Shown here piece after piece: positions 50,935 to 62,959 of a DNA stretch of 64,000 nt. The position numbers and the translations under genes were made by a program. Position 1 is the stretch's first letter. Every line of letters begins with the position of its first letter. The notes beneath the pieces are model-generated. The model had not been told where the DNA came from. It did not search any database and was given only the letters and a program-made list of their open reading frames with translations. The DNA comes from Carcharhinus longimanus (taxonomy: Eukaryota): the NCBI GenBank assembly GCA_030264375.1, contig JASCQW010000133.1, positions 34,292,076 through 34,356,075 on the forward strand, given 5' to 3'.

Positions 50935-51650
50935 AGACTGGAAATCTGAAATAAAAATAAAATGCTTTAAATACCCAATAGATCAGACAACAAATGTGGA
51001 GAGAGATACTGTTAACACTTCAGGTCAATGAAAAGTCATCAACCTGAAATTTTAGCAAAATACTGCAGCTAATAGAAATCTGAAATAAAAACAAAATGCT
51101 GGAAAAACTATCAGATCTGGCAGCATCTGTGGAGAAAGAATCAGAGTTAAAGTTTCAAGTCCCTATGATGTCAGAGCTGAAGAGAGGTAGAAATGTGGTG
51201 TATCATATACTGTACAAGAACAGGTGGAGCAGAGTAGAAGGTCACTGATAGGTGGGAGGTGGGAGCTAGGAGCGTTTGCAACAAAAATGTGTAGGGCACA
51301 AGACAGAAGAAGCTTTACTGGAAGTGTCAATGGCTAAGGAAGGTCATGATAGTGACATAAAGGTAAGTTAGTGGAATGTATAAGCGGAAGAATTAGGTCC
51401 AACCTTGTAATCAAATCCACTGATAAGGGTGGTGCCATTTTGAAATACTGACCTCTATCTCCGCCAACTCTGAGACACTTTCTCAGACACTTCCTCATAC
51501 CTCCCCTAGACCATGATCACACCATCAAGCCAGGACTGAGTTTTTCCAGCATTTTCTGATTTAATTAACTTGAAATTTTAGCTCTGATTCTCTGTGCACA
51601 AACCTTGCTTCATCTTCTGCATGCTTCCATTTTTTTCTCTTTATATTTTG
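50935..51650. mobile_element. Nested Penelope-like elements (inner 51057-51570 inside an outer fold-back copy)
   Basis: TSD TGAAATTTTAGC at 51045-51056 and 51571-51582; inner copy encodes NLVIKSTDKGGAI (51401), the PLE RT DKG motif. Confidence 0.75.
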
Positions 51651-51890
51651 ATGCTTTAAGGTATTGTGTGGTTGAGGGTCTCAGACAGAACAGAACAACT
51701 TGGTCATTGCACACTTATTTCTGTAGCTCTCTGTATATTCTTTATTTGTGAATTTGATTAGAGTTGAAACAATAGACAAATTACTAAAAGGAAATTTGAG
51801 GGCATTTTTTCTTTTCCAGAACAATTTTGAAATTGGATTATGACTTGAGTTCTGAATGTTTCCCTTTTGATTTTTTTTGACTACCTGCAG

Positions 51891-52026
51891 AACTGACCCA
51901 GTCCGACCATTCATTAGCGGCCATGTGGCAAACAGCATGGCAGCAGAGGTGATTGCCCTGCTGCACAACTTGCTGATGGCTCCTGAGTTCAGCACTGCCC
52001 AGATCTGGACCACCACAGCAGAAAAA
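51891..52026 (+). CDS. HECTD4: HECTD4 exon 24: (R)TDPVRPFISGHVANS...TTAEK
   Basis: cag| and |gtaagt; phase 2 to 0. Confidence 0.95.
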
Positions 52027-53888
52027 GTAAGTAAAACAAAAAATATGCTCATAAGCCTAGAATTTAATTGGAAGCAAGAATTCTAACTTTGTTTTCCATG
52101 TTTTTAATGTTATTGATACTTTGAGCTAGTTGGCGATGGTTGTTATGGACCCTCATACTAGTAACTAACAGGCTTTTCTGCGACAAACTCAGGGAAGTGC
52201 TATACGATGAGGAAGTGCAGTAAAAGGCTGAATGTCAAATTTGATTATCTGTAAAAATGTTTTTAATTCAATGATGGTATGTTTTAGTTTTGCCAAAATC
52301 ATTAGTAATTGGTTTGAGTACCTAATTGATATTTCATAAATTTTGGATCATTAATCCACCAGTATCGACAGTAATCTGCATGTTCAAGTGAATGTATCAA
52401 TGCACTCCCTGTTATTAACTTTGAATTAGGAAACAAACAAATGTCTGGCTCCTGTAATTTTGCATTTTTGTAGTATCTCTCTAATATTTTTAAAATGGGA
52501 GAAAATGTAGATCATGTGTAAGTGTGATGGACAGTTGATTGGGTAATCAAAGAAGTTCAAGCAAGAACACTCACCAGGTTGGACCAAGTATAGAAGGATT
52601 TTAATTATAGTTCCTGCCCTTCTATATGAGCGTTGTTTTAAGGTGGATAATTAAGTTTCTGGTGATATCTTTATTCTTTTGTCATGGCCTTGAAACCATG
52701 TATGGCATCTTCTTGCATCTTGCCTGCTCCAGCTTAAGTTTGTCCACGATGAGCTCCAGTACTTCTGACTGCTGATTTTAGAATGGACTTGATGTTCGTT
52801 TTATATTTTAGGATTTTGTAAGCTGGAATCCTCAGTTTTGGTTTTCAGTTTATTAAATGCCAGTTGCACTGAAAAGATACCATCAATCTTAATTATACAT
52901 TGGCACAAGTGTCAGTTGTCTTGTTGGTGGAAACTAACGAAATCTATGGAACTTTTGAAGATCAGCTCAGCGTTGAGCAGCTTCAACATGATTCTGTTGA
53001 GAGTCTGTAGGCATAGAAGGAGGAGATAGGATCAAGGCCATGGTGTTTTTGGAGGTGCAGGGTGCTAGAGTTGAGGTAAAAGTGTTTTCATTTGTGACAA
53101 CAAGTCTTCCATGTTTTCATGTTCACTTCTGATGTGCGTATTTTCAATTCTTGGATCTTTCCTGTCATTTATCTTTAAATTGTCCTCAGCAACATCATTG
53201 GTATTCAGATTTTGTTTGGGTTTATCAGTCAGTGATGTCCAGTTTCATTTCTTGACAATTTTCTGCCGTGGTTGATGTGCTGGCAAGTTGGCTTAAAGTT
53301 GGACAATACTTGCAGCTCAGCATTAGCAATCCTAAATCCCTATCGTCTTGGGCCATCTGTAGAAGCACTATGCCTCAGAACCGATTCCATTCTCTTCCTG
53401 CAAGCCTAAGCAACATATTCAACTTCAAAAAGCTTCAGATCCTTTAGACTTCACCACCAACACTTCTATTTCCATTTGCACAAAATTACTTAATTTTCCT
53501 ACACCAGTATTCACTTCTGCTAAAATTTCCATCCATCTCTTATGCCACTTGTTAACCTCAAATTCAAAATTCCCAGTGTCCTCTTCACTGGCCATAACTA
53601 TTGAACTCAATACAAAATTCAGCTCTTCCAAGAATGCTGTCCACATCCTACTTTACTCAGTCTTTTCATTGCACTCTTTGGTCAGTGACGGCCATCCCAT
53701 TTCCATGTGCAGGAACACTCACTTCAAAAGCTCACCTAATTATTCATGATCACCTTTTAACAACTACCTCCACATCGTCTCCATACCCTAATTATAAAGT
53801 CTTTGGAGTGTTTTGTTACATTAAAGGTCTTACGTAAATAGTTCCTTTTTAAGTACTTACTGAAATCCTGTTTCCCATCGTTCGACAG

Positions 53889-54071
53889 GTTCTGTCTCGA
53901 GCACTGATGTACATCCCTCAGCTTGGTAAATATGCAGAAACTGTCCTGGAGAATGGAAGTAGCAGTGGGAGGAAGTTGGCAAAACTACAGGCTATTGGGC
54001 GACAGGCAGTGGCAGCACTCTGTGCGCTTGGGGGCTTCAAAGAGACCATTAAAATAGGATCTGAAGTGCAG
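53889..54071 (+). CDS. HECTD4: HECTD4 exon 25: VLSRALMYIPQLGK...IGSEVQ
   Basis: cag| and |gtaatg; 183 nt. Confidence 0.95.
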
Positions 54072-55152
54072 GTAATGACCCATTGTCCACACGTTTTTCT
54101 TGTGTGTCCATGTGCAAGACTTCCATTGTAAAATTAAATTTTAATAGAAATTATGCATCCAAACTGATCTTGTTTTTTTGTGAGCACTTTCAGAAATTGT
54201 TTTGATATTTCAGTGATTGACGTCAGTCGTGAGGTGATTCATTTTACCAGAAATAACTTCTCCCTGGGCATAAGCTCTGTAGATGAGCTGAGGTAATTGG
54301 AGGTGTAGGTTACATGGCATTAAAGGCAATACCCAAAGATGATAAGGCTGTTTTTAAAAAAAAAGAACAAGGGGGTTTAAGGGTTATAGACAATAACGGT
54401 CAAAAAGTAACAATGAGGCTGCCCAAAAAAAATCAGTAAAACATGATGGAGTATTGTGCTCCTTGTTGGAGGAAAAATTTTAGTCCTCAGTGGGAGTTCA
54501 ATGTAGATTTGCAACGACAGTACTTGCAGTAAGGAAATACAAAATATGAAGATTTGAAAGTTTGGGTTGTCTTTTTTGCTGGAATATCACTGATTCTGGG
54601 ATGATATGGGAAAGGTATTGAAATGCAAAAGGGTGGTATATATGAAAACGGATTTTGTATTTCCAGTAGTTGAAGCATTAAGAATGCGGGGGCATAGAAA
54701 CAAGATTAAATCTAAGAAATTTAGAGCAGGGTCAGGAGAAACTCGTGCAAAATCACGAGGCTGTAAAATTCACTTCGTGAATTACTGGTTGAGACAGAAA
54801 CTAGGTCAAGTTAATAAGGTTCGATTAGGTATATGAAGGATATGAAGAGATATGGAATGAAGATAGCTAAAATTGTGTTGGAGTATGAATCAGCTATGAC
54901 CTAAACAAATGGCAGGACAGATTCAATGGGTGAATGGCCCCCTGTTCCTATGAAGGAAAAGGATTGAAGAGCTATTGGAACAGGGTTGCTAAATTTGATT
55001 TGGACTTGTTTGTGGCGGGTGGGGGGGGAGTGGTCTGCTCTCATCAAATTGCATTTTGTAGCCTTTTTCTGTGTTATAAACTTCTAATTTTTTTTAAAAA
55101 GCTGGGAATGCAACAGCTTTAGTTTTAGACATGAATTAATGTTTTCTCTTAG

Positions 55153-55317
55153 GTTTCAGGGAAAGGGATATCTGGAAGCATTGGAGTGGTGACTTCTATT
55201 AATGAGCAAGAAGGTATTGCCACAGTCCGACTCCCCTTGTCTGATTTTCGAAAGGCTTCCAAAGCATCAGACACGGTGACTGTTCCAATATCAAGACTAT
55301 GTACTCCACGATGTGAG
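55153..55317 (+). CDS. HECTD4: HECTD4 exon 26: VSGKGISGSIGVV...LCTPRCE
   Basis: tag| and |gttagt; 165 nt. Confidence 0.93.
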
Positions 55318-55383
55318 GTTAGTTGTTTATAGAAACCAGCTGTGGAGTGGGACTGCTGATAGTGAAATGGCAACCATTTAAGT

Positions 55384-55690
55384 CAGTGCTTCCCAAACCA
55401 TTTTCTACTGTGACCCAATTTCCATTCTTCACCATTGGTGTGACCCCACAGTGAAAACTGGGGTGTGGCAGGAGAGTGTTTAAGCAGGGTAGGGGTTCAA
55501 GCAGCAGGGATAAAAATGCAAGAAACACCTAAGATACATTTTGGAGGCAATTGGGCCTTCAAGCTCATTATATTAGGCCATGCCCATAGGCAAAAATAAT
55601 TATGAACATGTAATGTGTCAAATTTGAGTCTCCTTTCTACACTGGTCATTGCTGCTTCAGAGTTTGCGGCCTACAGTTTGGGAACCTCTG
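55384..55690. mobile_element. hAT (Charlie-like) MITE
   Basis: TIRs CAGTGCTTCCCAAAC / GTTTGGGAACCTCTG (13 of 15); 8-bp TSD ATTTAAGT / AATTAAGT. Confidence 0.8.
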
Positions 55691-56519
55691 AATTAAGTTG
55701 TTTGGAAATATTGATCTCAGAATAATCTGTTAATTGTTATACTGTTACATGGTTTTGACAGTGACTGTAATAATACATTCTATTGTATTTCTGTGGTGTT
55801 TGCCTCCTGCCAGATACAAACAAGTCTGCCAGATTTTTTATGATATCCTGTATTTAAATTCTGTGTTGCAAGATCATATTCTCCCACTGTTTTGTATTGA
55901 TTGCTGGCATCTCTCAGCTGCATTGTTAGGAACCACATCTCATCCCCTCCATCTCATTTACTTGGATGTGTTAATTTAATGTAATGTTAATGGAGGATGA
56001 GATGGTAAGACTGTAGTGGTCCTCAACTCTCTCCATTCCCCACCACCTTCTCACAATAAAATTGTGGCTTGTTTAAAAGTCTGCTTAATTCAGGATGATG
56101 TAAACAATTGAAAGCACATACAATGTGTTTCATGATTTGTGCAGTAAAAATTTTAGACAATTTGTGTCTCTGTTGTTTTGAATAACTTGAGTCCTCATTC
56201 AACCCCAGAGTCATAGGACTGTGGTTTCAACTGGGAGTTCATCATGTGGTGCATTCCTAGTTTTATCAATAAACTGACACAACAGCAGGTGAATACTGGT
56301 CGATTTTGGAGTGCCATCGGTTCCACACTATCTTGGTTTGAGGTCATTGAATGCTGTTGAGATGGGGAAGAAATGACATGGGAAAGAAAATGGGGGCAGT
56401 AGTGTCCCAAAAATGTTGATGGCCTTAATTGCTTAACAAAAAAAATTAAAAATTTGTGATACTTTTAAAAGTTGTGCCTTAACATGTGCTTTGATTTTTT
56501 TTTTAAATGTACTTTTTAG

Positions 56520-56689
56520 GCCTTGCCTTTGCATAAACTGTCCATCACTGAGAAGGTAGTCCAGGCAGTTCAGTCCATGTTGCTCCCACAGGAGGGGAGT
56601 CTCTCTATTCTGACTTCACTCCCTGCAATTGGTGATGGTTCCACTCCTGTGATGGCAGTAGTGCGACTTGTAGCTGAAATAAGGACAAG
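56520..56689 (+). CDS. HECTD4: HECTD4 exon 27: ALPLHKLSITEKVVQ...AEIRT(R)
   Basis: tag| and |gtaatg; phase 0 to 2. Confidence 0.95.
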
Positions 56690-57665
56690 GTAATGTAACC
56701 TGGCTCAAGTTATGTTTTTTGTTGCATTTGTCTTTGGTTTTACCTTGTTCTCGGCAGATTATAAAAAAGTTTTTTTTCATGAAACAATTTGTTGTGCCAT
56801 ATTTGAAAAGCATCCTTCTCAAATTTGAGTTCCTGACCGACATTGTTTACAAGGAAAGAATATGCTTAAAGATCTTAATGTTGATTGACGGGACCATAAC
56901 TGATCTGTAAAATTGCTTGATGAATTTGATGTTTTGGACCTAAGCTGTTCGTGTGTTTACGTGATTTCTGTGCTATGTATTTAGACTTTATAATTTAACT
57001 GAGGTGCCAATTGCCAAGTCAAATTTCTTAAAGCCGTGTATATTTCCAGTAACCCTGATTGAACAAATGATCAACTTTCTGTTAAAAGATTTTGCCTGAA
57101 ATATCCTTAAGTGCATTTGTGGCAAGCATGCCGAAGTGCTGGCCAAGTCAGCGAAACCCATATCCAATGAAAGAATAAATTTTAAAAATGGATAATTTGT
57201 GCCAAAATCTTGGTAGCTTTTGAACTCTAGTTGATAAGGTTATTGATCCTTTGTGGAACAGTTTGTATAGTTGCACAACTAATTCCAGATCATGTCCTTG
57301 TGAAGACTTGTGCAGTTTCATTGACAAAAAAAATCAATTGATCAGCAAAAAGGAACTGTTTTTAAATTTGAATTAAGGACAGCCAAGTAATTGAGGAGAA
57401 ACCTTCAGATTCTGCATCCCTGCCTTACCAGACCTCCATTATCTGAAAAAACTAACTGGGACTCCAATGTTAAGTCCATCAGAGACCTGGGCATATTGGA
57501 TTAGTGGTTCTCAGTTCATCTAGTATGTTTTATAAACTGGATATGCCAGTACATTATCCAATTAATTTATTGTTGACAGTTCTATTGTTCTGTGTTGATT
57601 CAGGATGCGTGACTTTTACCAAAAAAGTGTTCTGCTACAGTGACTTGGGGCACACAACAGCAGTG

Positions 57666-57824
57666 TAGAATCTCTATAGTACAAAAGGAGGCCATTCGGC
57701 CCATCGAGTCTGTACCGACCATAATTCTACCCAGGCCCTACTCCTGTAAACCCACGCATTGACCCTGCTAATCCCCCTGACACTAGGGTCAATTTAGCAC
57801 TGCCAATCGACCTAACCCACACAT
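57666..57824 (-). mobile_element. 5'-truncated HE1-type SINE
   Basis: tagaatctctatagtacaaaaggaggccattcggcccatcgagtc...cctaacccacacat. Confidence 0.8.
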
Positions 57825-58029
57825 ACATTTATAAGTATTATAAATGTGAGAAAATAGGCAATTTGGAATTCTGGGACATCATCACTAAATGTTATTTTCT
57901 CATTATATTTAACCTCTGTCCTAAAGACACAGAACATGCTGATTCACCCATTACGATAAATGGTGAGTGGTGCTGTAACTTCAGTCCTTGATTACATTGA
58001 TATAACTGACAATTCTGTTACTTTTACAG

Positions 58030-58145
58030 AGCCTGCTTAGTGATGGCCCAGTTACTGGAAGATAGTTTGTTCTGTGAGGAGTTTATTCAGCAGTGTCCAG
58101 CAGCAGTAGAGGTCCTAAACCTGGTGGCACAAGAGTGCAGCCCTG
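58030..58145 (+). CDS. HECTD4: HECTD4 exon 28: (R)ACLVMAQLLEDSLF...QECSP
   Basis: cag| and |gtatgt; phase 2 to 1. Confidence 0.94.
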
Positions 58146-58989
58146 GTATGTATCATTGTTTTAAACTGTGGTTAAATGAAGTAGATTCTGAGTGAGTATT
58201 TTCAGAACACATGTTTTTTGCCAATATCTTTGCGATACCATGGGCATGGAGCACAAAGCAACCACATGAAGTTAACTCTTACCAGCTAATACCGTATGCA
58301 AAATGTTACTTAAAATTGAATAAACTCTTGAATGAAATCCGCACAATGTAGATTGTGTGGGGTGGAAGCAGGTTCAGTCATGACTTTCAATAGAGAATTG
58401 GTTAATCATCTGAAGAGAGAAAAAATTGCAGGGCTATGGCAATAGGCAAAGGAGTGGGACTAGTTGAGTTCCTGCAGAGAGCCAGTAAGGGCATGAATGG
58501 TCTCCTGTGGTTTTAGCTATTCTGTAATCCTAAACCAGAGGTTACAAATCTGTAACTATCAATCACTTCATTCTCGAGACTTATGACATCACTGGTCAAT
58601 TTTGTCTTATGACATCTATCAACTGGTCAACTTTGCCCTTGTGATTCTCTTTGTGCTATTTTAATTTGGAATTACATTGCTCACATGAAAGTCTGTTTGA
58701 TTTAAAGCTTCCAAGTGTTGTCATAATGATGTTACTATTTCCCGCATTTCACCATTTCATTGTTTTCTTCCTATAGCAGTTGAGGATTTTGGTTGCATTT
58801 CTGCATCAAAGTTTAAAATAACAAGCTCATTTGTAAGTCGAGGGCAGAGCACAATAATGAGGTCTTATGTTGTCTTCTGTGTACCTGATTACAAAATTGC
58901 CTGTATGATACTGTGCAGTCTGCATACTTTTGTTTCTTGCAACTGCTTATTCATTCATTTTTATTAAGAAAATACCCTCTTATTCGCAG

Positions 58990-59093
58990 GTGAACGATTG
59001 GTGGTTGTGGAGGCTCAGTGTGAGAGACTACGGATGTTATACCGTGACTGTGCTCGTCCCCCTCCTCCCCCACTGCAATCTGACAGGAGACAG
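58990..59093 (+). CDS. HECTD4: HECTD4 exon 29: (G)ERLVVVEAQCERLRML...SDRRQ
   Basis: cag| and |gtaata; phase 1 to 0. Confidence 0.95.
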
Positions 59094-60942
59094 GTAATAG
59101 TACTGCAAGGTACATGTAATGAAGCCACATTATTACCCACTCTATTGCTCCACTTCACTGAGATGCTGACATTATTCCATTGAGTATTCTTTTCAACATC
59201 ACTTCGATTACTTTATTAGCTTCTCCACTTGAGATTACCTAATTCTATCATTGGTTAGTTAGTTAGCTAGCAACATAACCTGTGGAAGATGAATCAGTCA
59301 ACCAACTCTTTATACTCTTTGGAATCTGTTGCTCCATAACAATCATTTTAATAAGGTTTAAGAGTAGATGCACATAATTGAAACTCCAGTACTAGAAGGG
59401 ATTTCATTGACTCTCAAAGTCTGGGAAGTAAAAGCTCACGCAGACTTAATGGACCAAATGATAGCCTCCTGCACCATAACAATTCTGTGATTCTATTTCG
59501 TAATACTGTTCACTTTGTCCCAGTTTTCCACATATTACATTTTATATGCAACTCTGTAGTAGTTCAGCACCTGGACAGCAACTTTTTATATCAGAATAAA
59601 TGCATTACACCATGTTATGATAGGATTGGTTTATAACTTCCTGTCTGCGCAGCATCGCATTTAATAATGTGTTGGGGGATCTCCCTGGAAAATTACCAGA
59701 CGAGAGTTTACCGAGCAATTGTCCAGAAGGGCTGACTTCCCTTGGTAACTTCAAAGTCACAATTTTAAAGACCCCAGACAAAACCCTGCAGGGGACCACA
59801 CCCTCCATCCTGACACCAGACCCACCCAACCTGATGTCTGAAGCTGGTCCCCCACATCCTGTTCACATTATTGCTGTAAAAAGGGGGGGCATGTCCTTCA
59901 CTGCACTCCATTTACACTTTGCTGCTGGAGATTTGAAATTCCAGTGAAGTTAAGTCGCTACAGAGTGGCAATCGTACACTCTCAGGAAGTTACTGGCCAT
60001 TGGAACTTCCAAGAATCGTCATGTTTTAATCGTGTAGTCGTTGCAGTTTCGTTGCAGCTGTCTGGTCAAAGTTGTAACATTTACCTTTCCCTTATTTGTA
60101 CTTCAGTCAGAACAAATTCCATGTCCCATATAAAAAAAAATTCTTTTTTTGCTTACACCTGTGCATTGCTGTACATGTTTGTACCGCAATAAAGACTGTG
60201 GAACTGCACCACTTCCGGCCATTTGACCATGCTGCCTTATCGACAATAGCAAGCAAGTGCACAAGGGTGGCCATTGGTTATTTGCTCAGTGATTTTTTTT
60301 TTCCTTTTTTCAGGTGGATCCTAGTGGTTTGAGAACTGAATCAATGTAATTCAGTAAAGAAAATATAAGGAAATAATTTGGAGGTGAATTTTTGCCAATT
60401 TTCTCCCCTTCTGAAGATACTGATTCTTACTGGGAAACTGGTTATTTATCCAGTGCCTCACCCAAGTTCCCTTAATGCACAAGCTCAACCAGTGAGCGTA
60501 AAAAGACTGCATGAGCCCGATTCTGTTCTTGTTGGACATTGAGCCACATACTTTCCAAAAGGGTCACTGAATAATGATTGGGAAAAGGCTTTTTGCTCTT
60601 TTTTTTGATTTTATCTCCCTCCCAAGCCAAGGAACTACAAATCAATTGATGTTTTTATAGAAATCAGCTAGCTCACTAGATATATAAAATTGAAATTACT
60701 TCTAGCCTGTGTCACTGTGTATAATCCCAAATGATGCTTTCACTCGCAACGGTATTGGGGGACCTTAGCCTGATCATAAATATACTTTGTTTAGCCTGTT
60801 GGCAGATGTTCACTTTGCTTGATTGGGCGTCGTTTAGTGTGTCAGGTTAAAGGAACATTATCATTTTTGTTTTTTGAAAGTGGGTCATTTTGAAGTAGAT
60901 TTGAAATTGAAAGTGTTACTTCCCCTTTCTTCATTCTTCCAG

Positions 60943-61104
60943 CCAAAAGAAATTACTTGGTGCCCCTCTCGGGTTTTCCCTCCTGTGCGAGCCTGCATGT
61001 TTTCTTCCCATCTTACTGCTGTGACATTCCTAGCTGATCCAAGCGCAGGCGGGGGCTTGCCTCGTGGGACATTCATCTATGCCACATCACAGATACCTGT
61101 ACAG
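60943..61104 (+). CDS. HECTD4: HECTD4 exon 30: PKEITWCPSRVFPP...SQIPVQ
   Basis: cag| and |gtaaga; 162 nt. Confidence 0.95.
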
Positions 61105-61976
61105 GTAAGAGTTTGGCAGCAAGTGAATAAGGGAGGCACTGAAATCATATGAATACTATTACAATAACTTCAATGCCACTTGCATTGAATCAGCAAGCTA
61201 GCAAGAAGTCATGTTGTCTGAGTGCTTGGATGAGAGAGAAGAAAATTAATCAGATTGCTTCAGTAGCTTTCAACAATCAGAACGAGTGACTTTGAATCGG
61301 CAGCCTGAGAAAAGAGAAAAAATTGAATGGAAGCAAATGCCAAGTGCTGTATGTTTATTGCAGACCAGCCAATATCTAAAAGAGAAATGGTTTAATATAT
61401 TGGGTGGGATCTTTGTCAGAATTTAACCTTTTTTGTGATGATGAGTCCCTATGAATCCATTCCCAATGTTTTGAAAACCTTGTTGTCAATCACTGTCAGA
61501 TGGAAGCAAACTCTGTGCCGCCTATACACTGAACTAATTAGGCACTTACCTATTTTTGTCTTATTATTATTCCAGTGGTTAACATAATGACATAGGTAAG
61601 GATGACTGAAAACTATTTAAAGCAGTTACTCCCGTGGAATTTGGGATCTAAGGGAAAGTAGTGCTGTTTCCATCAATTAAAATACTATTTTATATTTGTC
61701 CTTCAGACATCAGGCCCCTTNNNNNNNNNNNNNNNNNNNNNNNNNNNNNNNNNNNNNNNNNNNNNNNNNNNNNNNNNNNNNNNNNNNNNNNNNNNNNNNN
61801 NNNNNNNNNNNNNNNNNNNNNNNNNNNNNNNNNNNNNNNNNNNNNNNNNNNNNNNNNNNNNNNNNNNNNNNNNNNNNNNNNNNNNNNNNNNNNNNNNNNN
61901 NNNNNNNNNNNNNNNNNNNNNNNNNNNNNNNNNNNNNNNNNNNNNNNNNNNNNNNNNNNNNNNNNNNNCTTCTAAG

Positions 61977-62125
61977 GCACCATCATTTTATTGGGAGTTA
62001 GAGATTGTTTCCTATGGCGACACAGATGATGACAGTGGCCCAATAGTGTCATTTGGATTTGCTACAGAAGCTGAAAAAAGGGATGGAGCTTGGACAAATC
62101 CTGTTGGAACCTGCCTCTTCCACAA
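61977..62125 (+). CDS. HECTD4: HECTD4 exon 31: APSFYWELEIVSYG...TCLFH(N), SPRY-like region
   Basis: aag| acceptor just after an N-gap; |gtatgt donor; phase 0 to 2; YWExEI is SPRY-like (inference). Confidence 0.92.
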
Positions 62126-62597
62126 GTATGTGTTCAGAATTTTCTGTTGTGCAAAGAGAGCATGGTTTAACTGCAGTTTAGTTTTACTTGTCATCCCATA
62201 AGGAGATGCATTATCTTTCTTTGTCACAAAGATCAATAGTGTTCTGCCACATTTTCTTTCATATTAGGCTAAAACAGGAGTTGACTTGTAGCTTGATATT
62301 ATTCAACAAACCCCTCAAGCTAACTACTGAAAAGAAGACCAAATGATGGTGGTTCAGCAATGCATGGGGAAAAAAGTATTAACCTAGCTTCATCTTGATA
62401 CTTTCCCTCAATATTGTGGCTGATGTCCTGAATTTTGACATGTGAAGAAACTTGTGGTTGCAACTGCTTTTTTCCTGTAGGTTGAGTCCATGCATTAGCA
62501 CATAATTGTGCTACACTCCTAATTTGCACTTCAGAACAATGCTTGTAGAACAGAGAAGTTGCATTTTTTTTTTGTTTATTTCTTTTTCTCTCTGCAG

Positions 62598-62677
62598 TAA
62601 TGGGAGAGCTGTGCATTACAATGGATCCAGTCTGCTGCAGTGGAAGAGTGTTCGGTTAGATGTCACCTTGTCACCTG
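62598..62677 (+). CDS. HECTD4: HECTD4 exon 32: (N)NGRAVHYNGSSLLQ...VTLSP
   Basis: cag| and |gtaaat; phase 2 to 1; gene continues beyond the window. Confidence 0.94.
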
Positions 62678-62959
62678 GTAAATGGCAGTTGTTTCATGCG
62701 CATTGTTTTGTTTTAATTGGGATATATTTCAAAGTGGTCAAAATTTCAGAATTGCTTTTATTGAGTTTTGTCATGTCACTCAAATTTAATGATTTTCCCC
62801 TCAGCTTTGTATTAGTATGTTTGCAAATTGTTCAGTTCAGCTCCTCCCTTGTAAAACTTTATAACAAGTGTTTTCAGAACCAAGTGGATGCTTCATTGTG
62901 TGAACGAATCTTGGTTTGTAAATGCTAACAAGTCAACTGAATTTTGTTTTTATCATGAC

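Noticed and set aside
55932-56008. Imperfect hairpin catctcatcc..ctccat / atggaggatgagatgg as a miRNA precursor
   Set aside because: Short bulged stem with a ~35-nt loop; not pre-miRNA-like and no other support
58580-58640. Short imperfect duplication ttatgacatc..actggtcaa (similar ones at 7287, 36190)
   Set aside because: Two-unit slippage duplications without spacers; not CRISPR-like or otherwise structured
59612-59947. 92-aa Pro-rich ORF in a TGTTATGA-starting block
   Set aside because: Exons 29 and 30 join in frame without it; probably an unclassified repeat, boundaries not supportable
1604-62677. U12-type introns
   Set aside because: No donor matches (G/A)TATCCT; all are U2-type GT or GC
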